Source of the DNA: a virus
IMG/VR virus record: IMGVR_UViG_3300025732_000019
DNA length: 64,000 bases
Strand: one strand, 5' to 3'
The position numbers and the translations under genes were made by a program. Under the pieces are notes generated by a model. The model was given only the letters and a program-made list of their open reading frames with translations. It had not been told where the DNA came from and did no database searches. Below, in pieces: positions 20,700-30,289 of the stretch (within the stretch, counting starts at the first letter, position 1; the number at the start of each line of letters is the position of its first letter).

Positions 20700-21617
20700 A
20701 TGCCTAATCTACAGAAGTTTATGTCGGAGGTCGGTCAATACGGATTTCAGAAATCAAATTGGTTTGATTTCCGGATTAGCGCATTACCGTTTATTGATCC
20801 AAATTATGCCTCACGCAATCAAATTTATGGCCCTCAGTATGGAACAACACAATTCGGGTTTGAGAATTTCCTTCAACAAGGTTTAGTGTGCACGTCCGTT
20901 TCATTACCGGGTCGAGGGTTTGCGACGGCCGATCAATCTATCTACGGGTTCACTCGCAAAGTTCCATATTTTAGTGAATTTCCCCCACTCTCATGCACAT
21001 TCGTTGTGCCCATTGGGCCTGATGGAACAAATTTTGGTGCATCATACTTTAGAGCATGGATGAATCAAATACAAAATGTGCCGCAAAATGAAACAAGCCA
21101 AGAAACCGTTGACGTGGGGCAAGGCGCATTCGATATGGCATTTCCGGAGACGTATTATGCGGAAGCGGAAATCCGCCAGTACAGTTTTATTGATGTGAGT
21201 CAAACGGATACAACCGCTCAAATCAATATGCACACCAATACGCTGAACGGTTCGTCTACACTGGGAAGAGCCGCAACAACATTTGCAGATGCGTATCTGA
21301 GCAAAAATGAACCATCGAACCCAAATGCTGGGCAAACCATTCGACAAGTATCATTACGACATCGGTTTTATCAACTCTATCCGGCATCGATTGAAGCCAC
21401 GCCATTAAATTGGGCCGATACGGATTCTTTCACGCAGATAACAGTCACATTCAACTATAGTTATTGGGTGGATATGGGATTGTCCGCAGATACGGAAGAT
21501 AATATCTTAGCATATTCGCGTGGTAAAGACGGCACGCCGTCGAAGATTGAAAAGTTTTTTGGCACACTGAAAGACGCTGCATTAGACGAAGCTCGATTCC
21601 GTGGATGGATTAAATAA
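20700..21617 (+). CDS. gp54: Tail tube initiator gp54-like
   Basis: CTSVSLPGR, RKVPY, YFRAW.N.I, YP.SI...LNW, VTFNYSYW. Confidence 0.75.
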   Translation: MPNLQKFMSEVGQYGFQKSNWFDFRISALPFIDPNYASRNQIYGPQYGTTQFGFENFLQQGLVCTSVSLPGRGFATADQSIYGFTRKVPYFSEFPPLSCTFVVPIGPDGTNFGASYFRAWMNQIQNVPQNETSQETVDVGQGAFDMAFPETYYAEAEIRQYSFIDVSQTDTTAQINMHTNTLNGSSTLGRAATTFADAYLSKNEPSNPNAGQTIRQVSLRHRFYQLYPASIEATPLNWADTDSFTQITVTFNYSYWVDMGLSADTEDNILAYSRGKDGTPSKIEKFFGTLKDAALDEARFRGWIK

Positions 21618-21641
21618 TAACTTTCTCTGAGGTGATACACA

Positions 21642-22406
21642 ATGGCACTCCCTAAACTGACGACGCCGGAATATACCATACAATTATTAAGTCTTGCGAA
21701 ACCGGTTCGGTTTCGACCCTATCTTGTGCGCGAAGAAAAGATTCTGCTCATGGCACAACAGGGTGAGGATAAAAAAGAAATCGAGAGTGCCGTCAAGCAG
21801 ATTTTGCGTGCTTGCACGTTTGACGCGGTTGATATAGATGCGCTGCCATCATTTGATCTGGAATATCTGTATCTGCAACTGCGGGCCCGCTCAGTGAACA
21901 ATATCATTGAGACGCGGTTCCAGTGTCAGAACATTGTGCGAGGTCTTTCTGAGGGAGAGCCGCTTCTCAACGCAAATGATGACGGTCGGTGTAAGACGCT
22001 CGTCACCGTGCAAGTCAATTTAGACGACGTGCGAGTACAGACGACTGAAGGGCATACCAAGCAGATCATGATTACCGATGATATTGGATTGGCGTTGCGC
22101 TATCCGACCGCGGCGGTGCTGGATACATGGGTCAATGAAGCGTCAACGGGATTAGCGGTATTACGCGTACTGAATGAATGTATCGAACATGTGTACACTG
22201 CCTCGGGTGACGTTTATGAGTTTCGCGATCAAACGGAACAAGAGCGTCAAAATTTTATTGAATCGTTAAGCGTATCGCAGTTAGAAAAAGTGAGCGCGTT
22301 TTTTCAGACAATGCCGGTACTTTCACATTCGGTGCCGTTTCGATGCCCGAAATGCGCGTATGAAGAGACGATCACACTACAGGGGCTTGACAGTTTTTTC
22401 GGATAG
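21642..22406 (+). CDS. gp26: Baseplate hub assembly protein gp26-like
   Basis: MALPKL.TPEY...RFRPYLVREEKILLMA, FDLEYLYLQLRARSV, ends GLDSFFG. Confidence 0.92.
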   Translation: MALPKLTTPEYTIQLLSLAKPVRFRPYLVREEKILLMAQQGEDKKEIESAVKQILRACTFDAVDIDALPSFDLEYLYLQLRARSVNNIIETRFQCQNIVRGLSEGEPLLNANDDGRCKTLVTVQVNLDDVRVQTTEGHTKQIMITDDIGLALRYPTAAVLDTWVNEASTGLAVLRVLNECIEHVYTASGDVYEFRDQTEQERQNFIESLSVSQLEKVSAFFQTMPVLSHSVPFRCPKCAYEETITLQGLDSFFG

Positions 22407-22429
22407 GGCAGAGCCACGAAACTCTGCCC
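22394..22429 (+). promoter_or_regulatory. Predicted -1 programmed ribosomal frameshift signal
   Basis: T_TTT_TTC (22394-22400), 5-nt spacer, stem GGGCAGAG(22406-13)/CTCTGCCC(22422-29). Confidence 0.75.
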
Positions 22430-22597
22430 AACTATTATACGCTGAACTTTAATCTGATTAAACATCATGGATTCTCATTGACAGAGTTGGAAGATATGCT
22501 CCCGTTCGAACGAGATGTATATGTCGTGCTACTGCGTCAGTGGCTCGAACAACAAGAAGAAATCGCTAAACGACAAGCGCAACAAGCACGACGATAG
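22400..22597 (+). CDS. gp51: gp51-like hub assembly domain without its own start codon (probably reached by -1 frameshift from gp26)
   Basis: -1 frame reads RIGQSHETLPNYYTLNFNLIKHHGFSLTELEDMLPFERDVYVVLL...; frame closed upstream by TGA 22388-22390; no ATG/GTG before the conserved motif. Confidence 0.85.
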   Translation, partial: RIGQSHETLPNYYTLNFNLIKHHGFSLTELEDMLPFERDVYVVLLRQWLEQQEEIAKRQAQQARR

Positions 22598-22611
22598 GAA
22601 CACTAACGCGT

Positions 22612-24816
22612 ATGGCAGATACCAAATTCGCAGAACTTAAAACCGCGATTCGACAAGCAGAATTGCAGCGAGAGATTGCCGATTTACCGTCGTCGCCCAA
22701 AGCATTGCGTACGCTCATCACCATTCTTTCTGAGCAAGGTTCCGCAATCCTGAAGACGGACACAGGGTTCGGATATCTTCGAGCGATTACCTCCGTCACG
22801 AAGACTTTGGAAGATGTTCCGCCGCGGCTGTGGGGAAACGCCACACAAGAAATCGAATATATTCTGAGCTTTGCTGACAGAGACTCCTTTCTTGCACCAG
22901 ATGAACTAGAAGTGCTAAAGAGCACCGCGCAGGCACTGACGAGAGAGATCACGCGTCAATCGAGACTCGCAGTTCGCACCGCTGGAATGCTGGCGCGAGG
23001 CGTCAAGCGCCTTGGTGAGGGAATACTGGAGCGCGGTGCCGGTTCGCAAAACATCGTCGTTCGCATGGGTTCGAAGTTAGCACTCGCTTCGATTGAGCGT
23101 CGGCGCACCACCAAGGAAGTGGGTAAGGAGTTTGCGCGAACCCGCGCCGGAGCATTAGGCGCCATCAGCAGCTATCGCACTCCCTTCGCGCCGTTGGGGG
23201 GTTCTCCGCTCGGTAACACGAATGGCGATAGTTTCAGTAGAGTACCTACAGGAACAGCAAGTGGCGAGGCCACCCAACTTCGTCTCCCTATTGAGTTCGA
23301 ACAACTCAGTGAACTGAAAAAGATCAATAGAACACTTGTTCGTCAAATCGGAGTTGCTGAAAACATTGACGAAGAGAACGACAAGCAACGCGCAATTGAG
23401 CAAAGTCGTTTAGGCTTTGGAGAGATGGAAAGGGGGATTGAAACGCCTCGAATGACATTGGCGAGCATTTCTTCCGCCTCTACATCTACCACTAAAACGC
23501 CGTCTGGAAGTATATTCAGCGATTTATTGAAAGTGTTCAGTGAAGGTATCGGTGGGGTATTAAAAAATATTATGCCTTTTGGTGAAGCTCTTGCTGGTGT
23601 AATTCCTGCGGCTCTTGGTGCGGCGCCGGCTCTTTTGGGAATAACCGCGGCCGCCTACGGTGTAAAAAAAGTTATGGATATGTATAGTGCTTATAAAGGC
23701 TATACCGAAGGGCAATCACAACTTGTTAAAGACCAAGCAGTCGGAGCAGGAATTGACGCTAAAAACATAGAAAGAAGTCGCAAACTTGCCATCGAGAGAG
23801 CAAAGGCATTGGGTGAGAACCCAGATGCTCCGGGTGGCGCATTTCTTTCACCAACATTTTATCTTAGTAAAACGAATAAAATGGGGATATTCAAACCCGG
23901 TTCCGCAGAACTTTTACCGGGAAAAGAATTACCAAGTAAAGAAGCCGCACCTGCACCACTTACACCATCACGTGTATTTGGAGCAGAAATGCTTCCCGCA
24001 CCGCCGATGACACCATCACAAATCAGCGGCGGGGATATGCAGTATAATTTGCGTCAATCGTTGGCGTCGCAAGGTATTCTTGATCCAAAGGCACAAGCAA
24101 ACATTTTTGCTCAAATACAGGGTGAATCGCAATTTGAATTGAAAGATGAGTCGCTGAATTATAGCCCTCAACGATTGTTTGAATTGTTTGGTGTGGGAAA
24201 TAAATTTGGCAATAAAGTTCGTTTGAAAACAATAAAGGATGCGGAAAAAATTGTTGCACAAGGCCCTGTTGCCATCGGCAATCTTCTGTACGGTGGCCGA
24301 ATGGGAAATGCGAGTAGTGAAGGATTCTTATATCGAGGTCGTGGTTATATCCAACTGACAGGAAAAGACAATTATAAGCGCGTCGGTGATATGATTGGTG
24401 TCGATCTCGTTACGCAACCAGATTTGGTCAACGACCCCATTATCGGCGCTCAAGTGGTGGCGGCATATTATAAAATGCGGGCGGGGAAAACTGGAGATTT
24501 GACTGATATCAGTGCCGTCAATCGAATGACGGGTTTTGCGACAGGTAGTAAAGAAGGCGCACGTCGTATGCAGAGTAGCGCGGATTTCTTATCCTCATTC
24601 AATGTGGAACCGAGTGTGAATCGCAACGCCTTCCCCGTCAGTACACTGACTGGTGCACTCACGTCACAAGGGCAGAATGTGATGGTAATGAATGCGCCGA
24701 CGATGGCGCCAATTGTGAATGTGCAGGGAGGCGGATCGACAGTCGTACCGATGCCGATCCGTACGGAGCCGTTAGAAAATACGTTACTCGCGCTGACGCG
24801 TTTGAACTATGTGTAA
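22612..24816 (+). CDS. Tape-measure/gp29-like protein with GH19 chitinase/lysozyme-like domain
   Basis: Helical N-terminus, hydrophobic Gly/Ala stretch, ESLNYS...YGGRMGN...YRGRGYIQLTGKDNY; follows gp26/gp51. Confidence 0.8.
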   Translation: MADTKFAELKTAIRQAELQREIADLPSSPKALRTLITILSEQGSAILKTDTGFGYLRAITSVTKTLEDVPPRLWGNATQEIEYILSFADRDSFLAPDELEVLKSTAQALTREITRQSRLAVRTAGMLARGVKRLGEGILERGAGSQNIVVRMGSKLALASIERRRTTKEVGKEFARTRAGALGAISSYRTPFAPLGGSPLGNTNGDSFSRVPTGTASGEATQLRLPIEFEQLSELKKINRTLVRQIGVAENIDEENDKQRAIEQSRLGFGEMERGIETPRMTLASISSASTSTTKTPSGSIFSDLLKVFSEGIGGVLKNIMPFGEALAGVIPAALGAAPALLGITAAAYGVKKVMDMYSAYKGYTEGQSQLVKDQAVGAGIDAKNIERSRKLAIERAKALGENPDAPGGAFLSPTFYLSKTNKMGIFKPGSAELLPGKELPSKEAAPAPLTPSRVFGAEMLPAPPMTPSQISGGDMQYNLRQSLASQGILDPKAQANIFAQIQGESQFELKDESLNYSPQRLFELFGVGNKFGNKVRLKTIKDAEKIVAQGPVAIGNLLYGGRMGNASSEGFLYRGRGYIQLTGKDNYKRVGDMIGVDLVTQPDLVNDPIIGAQVVAAYYKMRAGKTGDLTDISAVNRMTGFATGSKEGARRMQSSADFLSSFNVEPSVNRNAFPVSTLTGALTSQGQNVMVMNAPTMAPIVNVQGGGSTVVPMPIRTEPLENTLLALTRLNYV

Positions 24817-24832
24817 CGGGTAGACGGAACGT

Positions 24833-26236
24833 CTACCCTTTGAACTTCAGATAATCATGCACGGCAAGAATACTGGAATCCGCATCCGTAATCTTTGCCT
24901 GCACCCATGCAGGCAGTTCACCCGCTGTTGCGAGCATCTGCTTCAGCGCATCCGCCCGAGCGACTAACGACGACAGTTGTGCATGCGCCATTGACGTATC
25001 GTCATCGCCGTTGACGTCTTCGTGCATTCGCACATCTTTTGCAGATTCCGACTTGCCTTTGTGATAGAGATTCCACGCAGTCGCATACAGCACCTCGTCA
25101 CCGCGGTCGCCATACTCTTTACGGAACCGCGCCTTGTTCTTGCGAATCCAATCTTCCATGCCCGGAGGGCCCACTTCGGAAACGTACTGGCCCGGCAGTG
25201 CAGGTTTGACCTCGACGGTTTCGGGTTGTTCACGGAGATGATCTTTGAAAGAAGGCACTGACATGGTAGTATGCTCCTGTTGTTTGAAATATTGCACTTG
25301 GCGATCGCGTTTTTCCGCTTGCGCTTTAGTCGGATAGGTACCGAGATTTTCCCCCGTCTGTTTAGAAACGAGTCGGTACCCATCTTTCACTTTGACGATA
25401 TGCTCGTTCATCGAACGCATCGGCACCACATCTATCTGCTCTTCGTATTCGTCGTCGCTATCCTTACCCCACACGCGCCCCTTGTTGTGCGCGACACATT
25501 TTGCGCACACGCGGTCACCACGCTGAAACTCTTTTGAAGACAGTTTATGGCCACACTGTTGACAGTTGGGATTGCGTTCCCATGCTTCGGATTGGCCCGG
25601 CGTATCGTGCTTGTAGATCTTGACGAGTGAATCCGTGCCCCACTCACGATCCGCAGGCGTGTTCGATTCTTGCGCGGGTGTTTTTCCGGCACGCTTCATT
25701 GCAATCGCAATAGCCGCTTGTTGCGCAGGAGACGTCGCCTCATGCTGCTCAGACGACCACCCGCCACCATGTTCTTTGTACCACTTAGCCGCCCACCCGT
25801 TGGCATACGCAGACGGGTATACGTCGAATTTTGATTTTGCGAGGCTTTTTGCTTTCGACCACAGTGCAGGGTTGGTGGGCGTATTCTTTTCAACAATAGT
25901 GGCGTCGTCAATTCGATTACTAACCGGTCGTGGTGCGCCTCCGGTACCCTTTCGGTCTGTCACCGGATCCTGTGTCTTTTTACGTTTGACCGCATTTGCA
26001 ATTGCTTGTTTGCCGCCCTGTGCGCGAAGTTGTGCCGCTTTCTGTGTGGAGAGACACTTTGGTTTTCCTTCACCGGCGCCACCGCGGTCTTCCGCGTCGC
26101 CACATTTCCCAATGCGCTCACCTTTGGTGTTGTACCGATCCCATCCGCCGCCGCCGACGCCTCCCTCTTTCCCTTTACCAAACCAATTGCGAAGGTCTTC
26201 GTCGAGGTGTGCTGAAAATGTGGGAATCTTAGACAT
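24833..26236 (-). CDS. Putative internal head polyprotein of short basic modules
   Basis: N-terminus MSKIPTFSAHLDE resembles capsid-targeting leaders; modules such as LWSKAKSLAKSKFDVYPSAYANGWAAKWYK; late-type TAAATA upstream. Confidence 0.55.
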   Translation of the reverse strand: MSKIPTFSAHLDEDLRNWFGKGKEGGVGGGGWDRYNTKGERIGKCGDAEDRGGAGEGKPKCLSTQKAAQLRAQGGKQAIANAVKRKKTQDPVTDRKGTGGAPRPVSNRIDDATIVEKNTPTNPALWSKAKSLAKSKFDVYPSAYANGWAAKWYKEHGGGWSSEQHEATSPAQQAAIAIAMKRAGKTPAQESNTPADREWGTDSLVKIYKHDTPGQSEAWERNPNCQQCGHKLSSKEFQRGDRVCAKCVAHNKGRVWGKDSDDEYEEQIDVVPMRSMNEHIVKVKDGYRLVSKQTGENLGTYPTKAQAEKRDRQVQYFKQQEHTTMSVPSFKDHLREQPETVEVKPALPGQYVSEVGPPGMEDWIRKNKARFRKEYGDRGDEVLYATAWNLYHKGKSESAKDVRMHEDVNGDDDTSMAHAQLSSLVARADALKQMLATAGELPAWVQAKITDADSSILAVHDYLKFKG

Positions 26237-26252
26237 GTACGTTATTTAGGAA

Positions 26253-27011
26253 CTATAGATTCGGAAAGCACGAAAGATCCACATCGTTCTTTTGAATCGT
26301 AACGCCGCTTCCTTTTTTGAGAGGGCCGATGTTGTACGGCGATTTTTGACGCACACGGAAACTCATCTCAAACGTGAACTGATACGCACCGCCGCCTTTA
26401 CTCTGCACACGCGCTCGCCAACCTGCTTCCGCAGACGTCGAGAACAACGGCACATTCTTCAACTTCAGGGGATTGTCAGTGCCGAACAAATAGAATCCAT
26501 GCGTACCGATGTTCACATAGAATGTGTCTTTTTTATTGTAGTACTCTTCGATTTTTTTAGCCGGAATCGAACCCTTTAGTTCAGGGAACAGTTTATGGTC
26601 GCGTTCGTATTGTGCTCGTGGATTGTTCTTATACTTCCCCACGCGCCCCTGCCATGCTGCGTCTTGAAACTCTTTATCAACTTTCCATGGCGTATTGTTC
26701 CATTGCTTTCCGATGATCTTGAACAGACCGACAAATTCTGCCAACTCTTTGATAAACTGCTTTTCTTTTTCTTCCGGATCAATATTTCCAAACCCCCACT
26801 TTTTTGTTTTGGGGTTATACTTTAGCACTAAAGAACCCGCAGAGGCATCCGTGATCTTTAGTTCACAACCCGCTTTCGTCTTGTTATATTTGAGCATCAA
26901 GTCAGGCTGACCGTGACCAGCACCCGCCGGTTTAAACTCCGCAGGTACTAATTTATACGGTTTGAGATACTCCGCCACATTTTCTTCGTAAACAAAACCT
27001 TGCTGTGCCAC
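26253..27011 (-). CDS. PD-(D/E)xK nuclease-like protein
   Basis: GF.YE...QPDLML...CELK catalytic-like spacing; Lys-rich. Confidence 0.55.
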   Translation of the reverse strand: MAQQGFVYEENVAEYLKPYKLVPAEFKPAGAGHGQPDLMLKYNKTKAGCELKITDASAGSLVLKYNPKTKKWGFGNIDPEEKEKQFIKELAEFVGLFKIIGKQWNNTPWKVDKEFQDAAWQGRVGKYKNNPRAQYERDHKLFPELKGSIPAKKIEEYYNKKDTFYVNIGTHGFYLFGTDNPLKLKNVPLFSTSAEAGWRARVQSKGGGAYQFTFEMSFRVRQKSPYNIGPLKKGSGVTIQKNDVDLSCFPNL

Positions 27012-27097
27012 ATTGCCCCCTTCTTGGAATATATTTATCAGTTTCCATACAGCACGTCAAGGGTTATCTGCCGTTATAGTTCTGCCACATTTTCCCC

Positions 27098-27126
27098 TTG
27101 ACACGACGACGCACCTGCGGTATAGT
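27098..27126 (+). promoter_or_regulatory. sigma70-type promoter, leaderless
   Basis: TTGACA-17-TATAGT, ATG 7 nt downstream. Confidence 0.75.
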
Positions 27127-27133
27127 AGCATCC

Positions 27134-27403
27134 ATGTCAAAAACACGCACACACCATCAGACGCACGAAGAACCTTTCCGCAAAGAAACTACGGCAGAGT
27201 TTTTGGCTCGCGGCGGCACCATTACCGTTGGCACTCCTGCCACTGGCATTCCCTGTGAGACGCACGAATTGATCGACCGTATTCTTGGCGCATCGTATGA
27301 TGACGCGCTCACGCAACGTGTCTCGGCCTTTACCGTTGCCGCGGAGATTCGCAGTGCGATTGCCGAACATCCGCAGTCTATCACAGAACCCGAATACGTA
27401 TAA
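27134..27403 (+). CDS. Small protein with SutA-like RNAP-binding motif
   Basis: AEFLARGGTI motif. Confidence 0.5.
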   Translation: MSKTRTHHQTHEEPFRKETTAEFLARGGTITVGTPATGIPCETHELIDRILGASYDDALTQRVSAFTVAAEIRSAIAEHPQSITEPEYV

Positions 27404-27449
27404 CCTATATACTAACGAATGCATTAGTGCTTCCATCATGATAGAATAG

Positions 27450-28262
27450 GTGTCTATGCCATCACGTCACTCTACGCTCCCTGCTCTACGCTGCGGCCTC
27501 AATGCGGGATTCGGAGAAACCCTCGCTCATGAGTTAGCGGGTATCGACGCACATCGGTTTACCGAAGTGCGACAGGATTTGATGCCTGTCTCAGATCCGC
27601 ATGCACTACGCTCACTCATGAACGAGATGCGCGTCGGCAACATCTGCCCGCTGTGGATCATGCGCGAGAACCAAGTCGTGCTTGCGAAGCCCTGCGAACG
27701 TGTCGAGTTCTATAACGAACCCGATCTCAATGGGTTCTCCCCCACGCAATATGCGGAAGCGTGGAATCGTGTCGCAGAGACCGCATACGAGCGAAACGTG
27801 CTGTTGTTTGCAGGCAGTATCTCAAACCTCAATAAGTCAGCATTAGCGTGGTTGCGCACCGCATGGAAACTGATGACGCCGACGCCGCGCTATGTGAGTG
27901 TGCATCGCTATCCTGAAACCACCGGCGGCAGTCAGAAGCCACATTCGGGATTCGCGAATCGCGAACAGGAAGTCGATGCGCTGCGACAAATTGTCGGAGA
28001 CGTCACAATTGCCGTCACAGAATTTGGATACCACACCGGCCCGCGTAAACGGTGGGGGTGGTGGCCGCTGCGCCCGTACACGGATGCAGAAGTCGCGCAG
28101 TATGTTCGCGAAGATTGGCAGTTCTGGTCATCGCAGAATGTCGAAAGTGCATATCTCTATCAACTCAACGATGGTGTTGATGGAGATCCTATCAATCGCT
28201 ACGGTATTCGAAATCTGAACGGCGTCTGGAAACCCTCCGCCACCGCACATTACTCACGGTAA
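27450..28262 (+). CDS. Glycoside hydrolase clan A-like TIM barrel
   Basis: EFYNEPD acid/base motif, SVHRY, VTEFGY nucleophile motif. Confidence 0.7.
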   Translation: MSMPSRHSTLPALRCGLNAGFGETLAHELAGIDAHRFTEVRQDLMPVSDPHALRSLMNEMRVGNICPLWIMRENQVVLAKPCERVEFYNEPDLNGFSPTQYAEAWNRVAETAYERNVLLFAGSISNLNKSALAWLRTAWKLMTPTPRYVSVHRYPETTGGSQKPHSGFANREQEVDALRQIVGDVTIAVTEFGYHTGPRKRWGWWPLRPYTDAEVAQYVREDWQFWSSQNVESAYLYQLNDGVDGDPINRYGIRNLNGVWKPSATAHYSR

Positions 28263-28273
28263 AGGAATCACAC

Positions 28274-29998
28274 ATGGCTATCGATATCACGTTCGTCACC
28301 GATGATGAGAAGATTGATCTGCAGCAAAACATCTCCTTCATGATCGAAACCGCGCAGTCGGATCGCGATTTGCGTCAACTGTCGCATCTCGACGCAGGCA
28401 CATGGTATGGTCGCCGTCGGGCAGTCAATCAGCCCCATGCGGATGCGGTCACGTCGGTTCAGTATTTGTGCACCGTATGGTTTGACTTGAAACCGCATTT
28501 CTGTGACGTCCCGCCGCCGCAGCCTCTCGTAGACGTGACGGGTGATGAAATTGTGGCGCTCCATGACGTAGTGAAGCCGATCATGGATGCGCACAACCCT
28601 GACGCCTCATACGCAACGGAGTGCGTAGATATTGGATGCTCGTATGGCATCTATCGTCAGAATGGTGTCGCACCTGACGCCGCGCGTCGTGCATGTCTGG
28701 CGATTGTGTGCGGATGGTATGGCGTGCCGGTTCCTGCACCGCCTGCGCCGGCATTTGGGGGTATCGTCGGTCAACTGCGTGTGGATCATCTTACGTATCG
28801 CGACGACAACGGCTATGTGTTGCCGGTATTGTGCCACTTTGGAGAAGCGTTCAGTGCGTATGTGCGTCGACCGGATGACGTGCGGGTGGAGTTAGATCGC
28901 ATTCGTGCGGCCGGTTATGACGGCATTCGTTTTTGGGATGTGCTGGGCTACTACGATAAGAACCGCCCCGGTGACGCGAACAAGTGGAGCGCCTGGCAAG
29001 GTCGCGAAGTCACCCCGGTATCTTTTGTGGCGTTTTCGGGTGACACTAAAGCTCCAACCCCCAACTACTATGACCATCTCAAAGCGTTCTTGATCGAACT
29101 GCGGGATCGGCAGTTGGTGGCGCATCACTCACGCGGCGACCTGAATAGCTGGAAGTGGGATCAGGTGATTGCACACTGCCGTCGTGTCGGTGAGATTCAG
29201 CGTGAAGTTGGCGCACAGGTGATCGCGCTCAATGAATCGTGCAATGAAGCCTGGCAGAATGGTGTGCCAGAACCATCCAAGCTGCGAGAGATGGGGGATG
29301 CGTTGGGAAATCATGCCCTTCGCGGAAACTCCTGTGGCGATGATGGGTATGGTGGTGAGACACCAGATGAATTGAACCGCATGAAGCGCGATGTTGCGAT
29401 CATTCATGGCCATCGTAACGGTGAGTCATATAACCGCATTGGTCACATTCATGCGGTGGGCTACGAAACGCTATCTCACGCAAAAGTTCCTGCCTGGCAA
29501 GGTGAACCCGCTGGCCCGGGCGATGGCGTCAGTGTGGGTCGTGAAGAGCATCCCGAAGCACTGTGTCTCATGGCCGCGATGTCACTCGCCACGCATCAAG
29601 CATGGGTTTACATGTCCGGTCACGGCGTCTTCTGGAACGGCAGTATCAGTGAGATGATCGCGTTTCGTGAAGTCGCGAAGGTGCGTGACTATCTTCCCAA
29701 AGACATTATGGCGTGGCCGACCATCACACACGGTGGTGATCGATGGCGCGGCACTCGCGTGTTTGTGGCAAATGGAGACGGTTCTCTTCGCTGCGATCAT
29801 ATCTTGACGAACGATGGCCGCTTTGTCGCCTTAGTTTACGGTGCACCAAAGTCATGGTCGATACCCGTCGAGCGGAGTTTCGACGGAGACGTCATTCATC
29901 CAGTGACGGGTGAACGGCAACCGTTGTCGCTCAACGCAGGGCAGACATGGAATGTGAATTTCGAACGTGGTCGGATCGTGATCGGAACATTGCGATAA
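28274..29998 (+). CDS. Glycoside-hydrolase-like protein with extra N-terminal domain
   Basis: LDRIRAAGYDGIRFW, ESCNEAW, QGEP; Pro-rich linkers. Confidence 0.5.
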   Translation: MAIDITFVTDDEKIDLQQNISFMIETAQSDRDLRQLSHLDAGTWYGRRRAVNQPHADAVTSVQYLCTVWFDLKPHFCDVPPPQPLVDVTGDEIVALHDVVKPIMDAHNPDASYATECVDIGCSYGIYRQNGVAPDAARRACLAIVCGWYGVPVPAPPAPAFGGIVGQLRVDHLTYRDDNGYVLPVLCHFGEAFSAYVRRPDDVRVELDRIRAAGYDGIRFWDVLGYYDKNRPGDANKWSAWQGREVTPVSFVAFSGDTKAPTPNYYDHLKAFLIELRDRQLVAHHSRGDLNSWKWDQVIAHCRRVGEIQREVGAQVIALNESCNEAWQNGVPEPSKLREMGDALGNHALRGNSCGDDGYGGETPDELNRMKRDVAIIHGHRNGESYNRIGHIHAVGYETLSHAKVPAWQGEPAGPGDGVSVGREEHPEALCLMAAMSLATHQAWVYMSGHGVFWNGSISEMIAFREVAKVRDYLPKDIMAWPTITHGGDRWRGTRVFVANGDGSLRCDHILTNDGRFVALVYGAPKSWSIPVERSFDGDVIHPVTGERQPLSLNAGQTWNVNFERGRIVIGTLR

Positions 29999-30043
29999 CA
30001 TCGATTCATAAAAAAATGTTATGGTGTATAAGTATTATTGTAC

Positions 30044-30072
30044 TTGACAGACACCGCGATTTCCTATATACT
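30044..30072 (+). promoter_or_regulatory. sigma70-type promoter of leader/tRNA array
   Basis: TTGACA-17-TATACT. Confidence 0.85.
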
Positions 30073-30117
30073 CTTATACATCGTGGTGATCGTATTACCA
30101 CGAATGGCAAAGGAACA

Positions 30118-30264
30118 ATGATGCGACCCCAACCGATCCACAGCACCGCACCGCAACATACGAGCACACGGCTCGTCGCGGCCGGCGTGTATCTGATGGG
30201 GTGGACGACACTCACCCCATACATTGCTGAAGATAATATGCCAGCAGGGGAGTATCCATCTTAG
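30118..30264 (+). CDS. Candidate attenuator leader peptide (48 aa)
   Basis: AAGGA SD before ATG; lies between promoter and terminator; 3' end carries GCAGGGG complementary to the terminator 5' arm. Confidence 0.55.
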   Translation: MMRPQPIHSTAPQHTSTRLVAAGVYLMGWTTLTPYIAEDNMPAGEYPS

Positions 30265-30289
30265 CGAAAATCACTTCGCGACGATAGTG

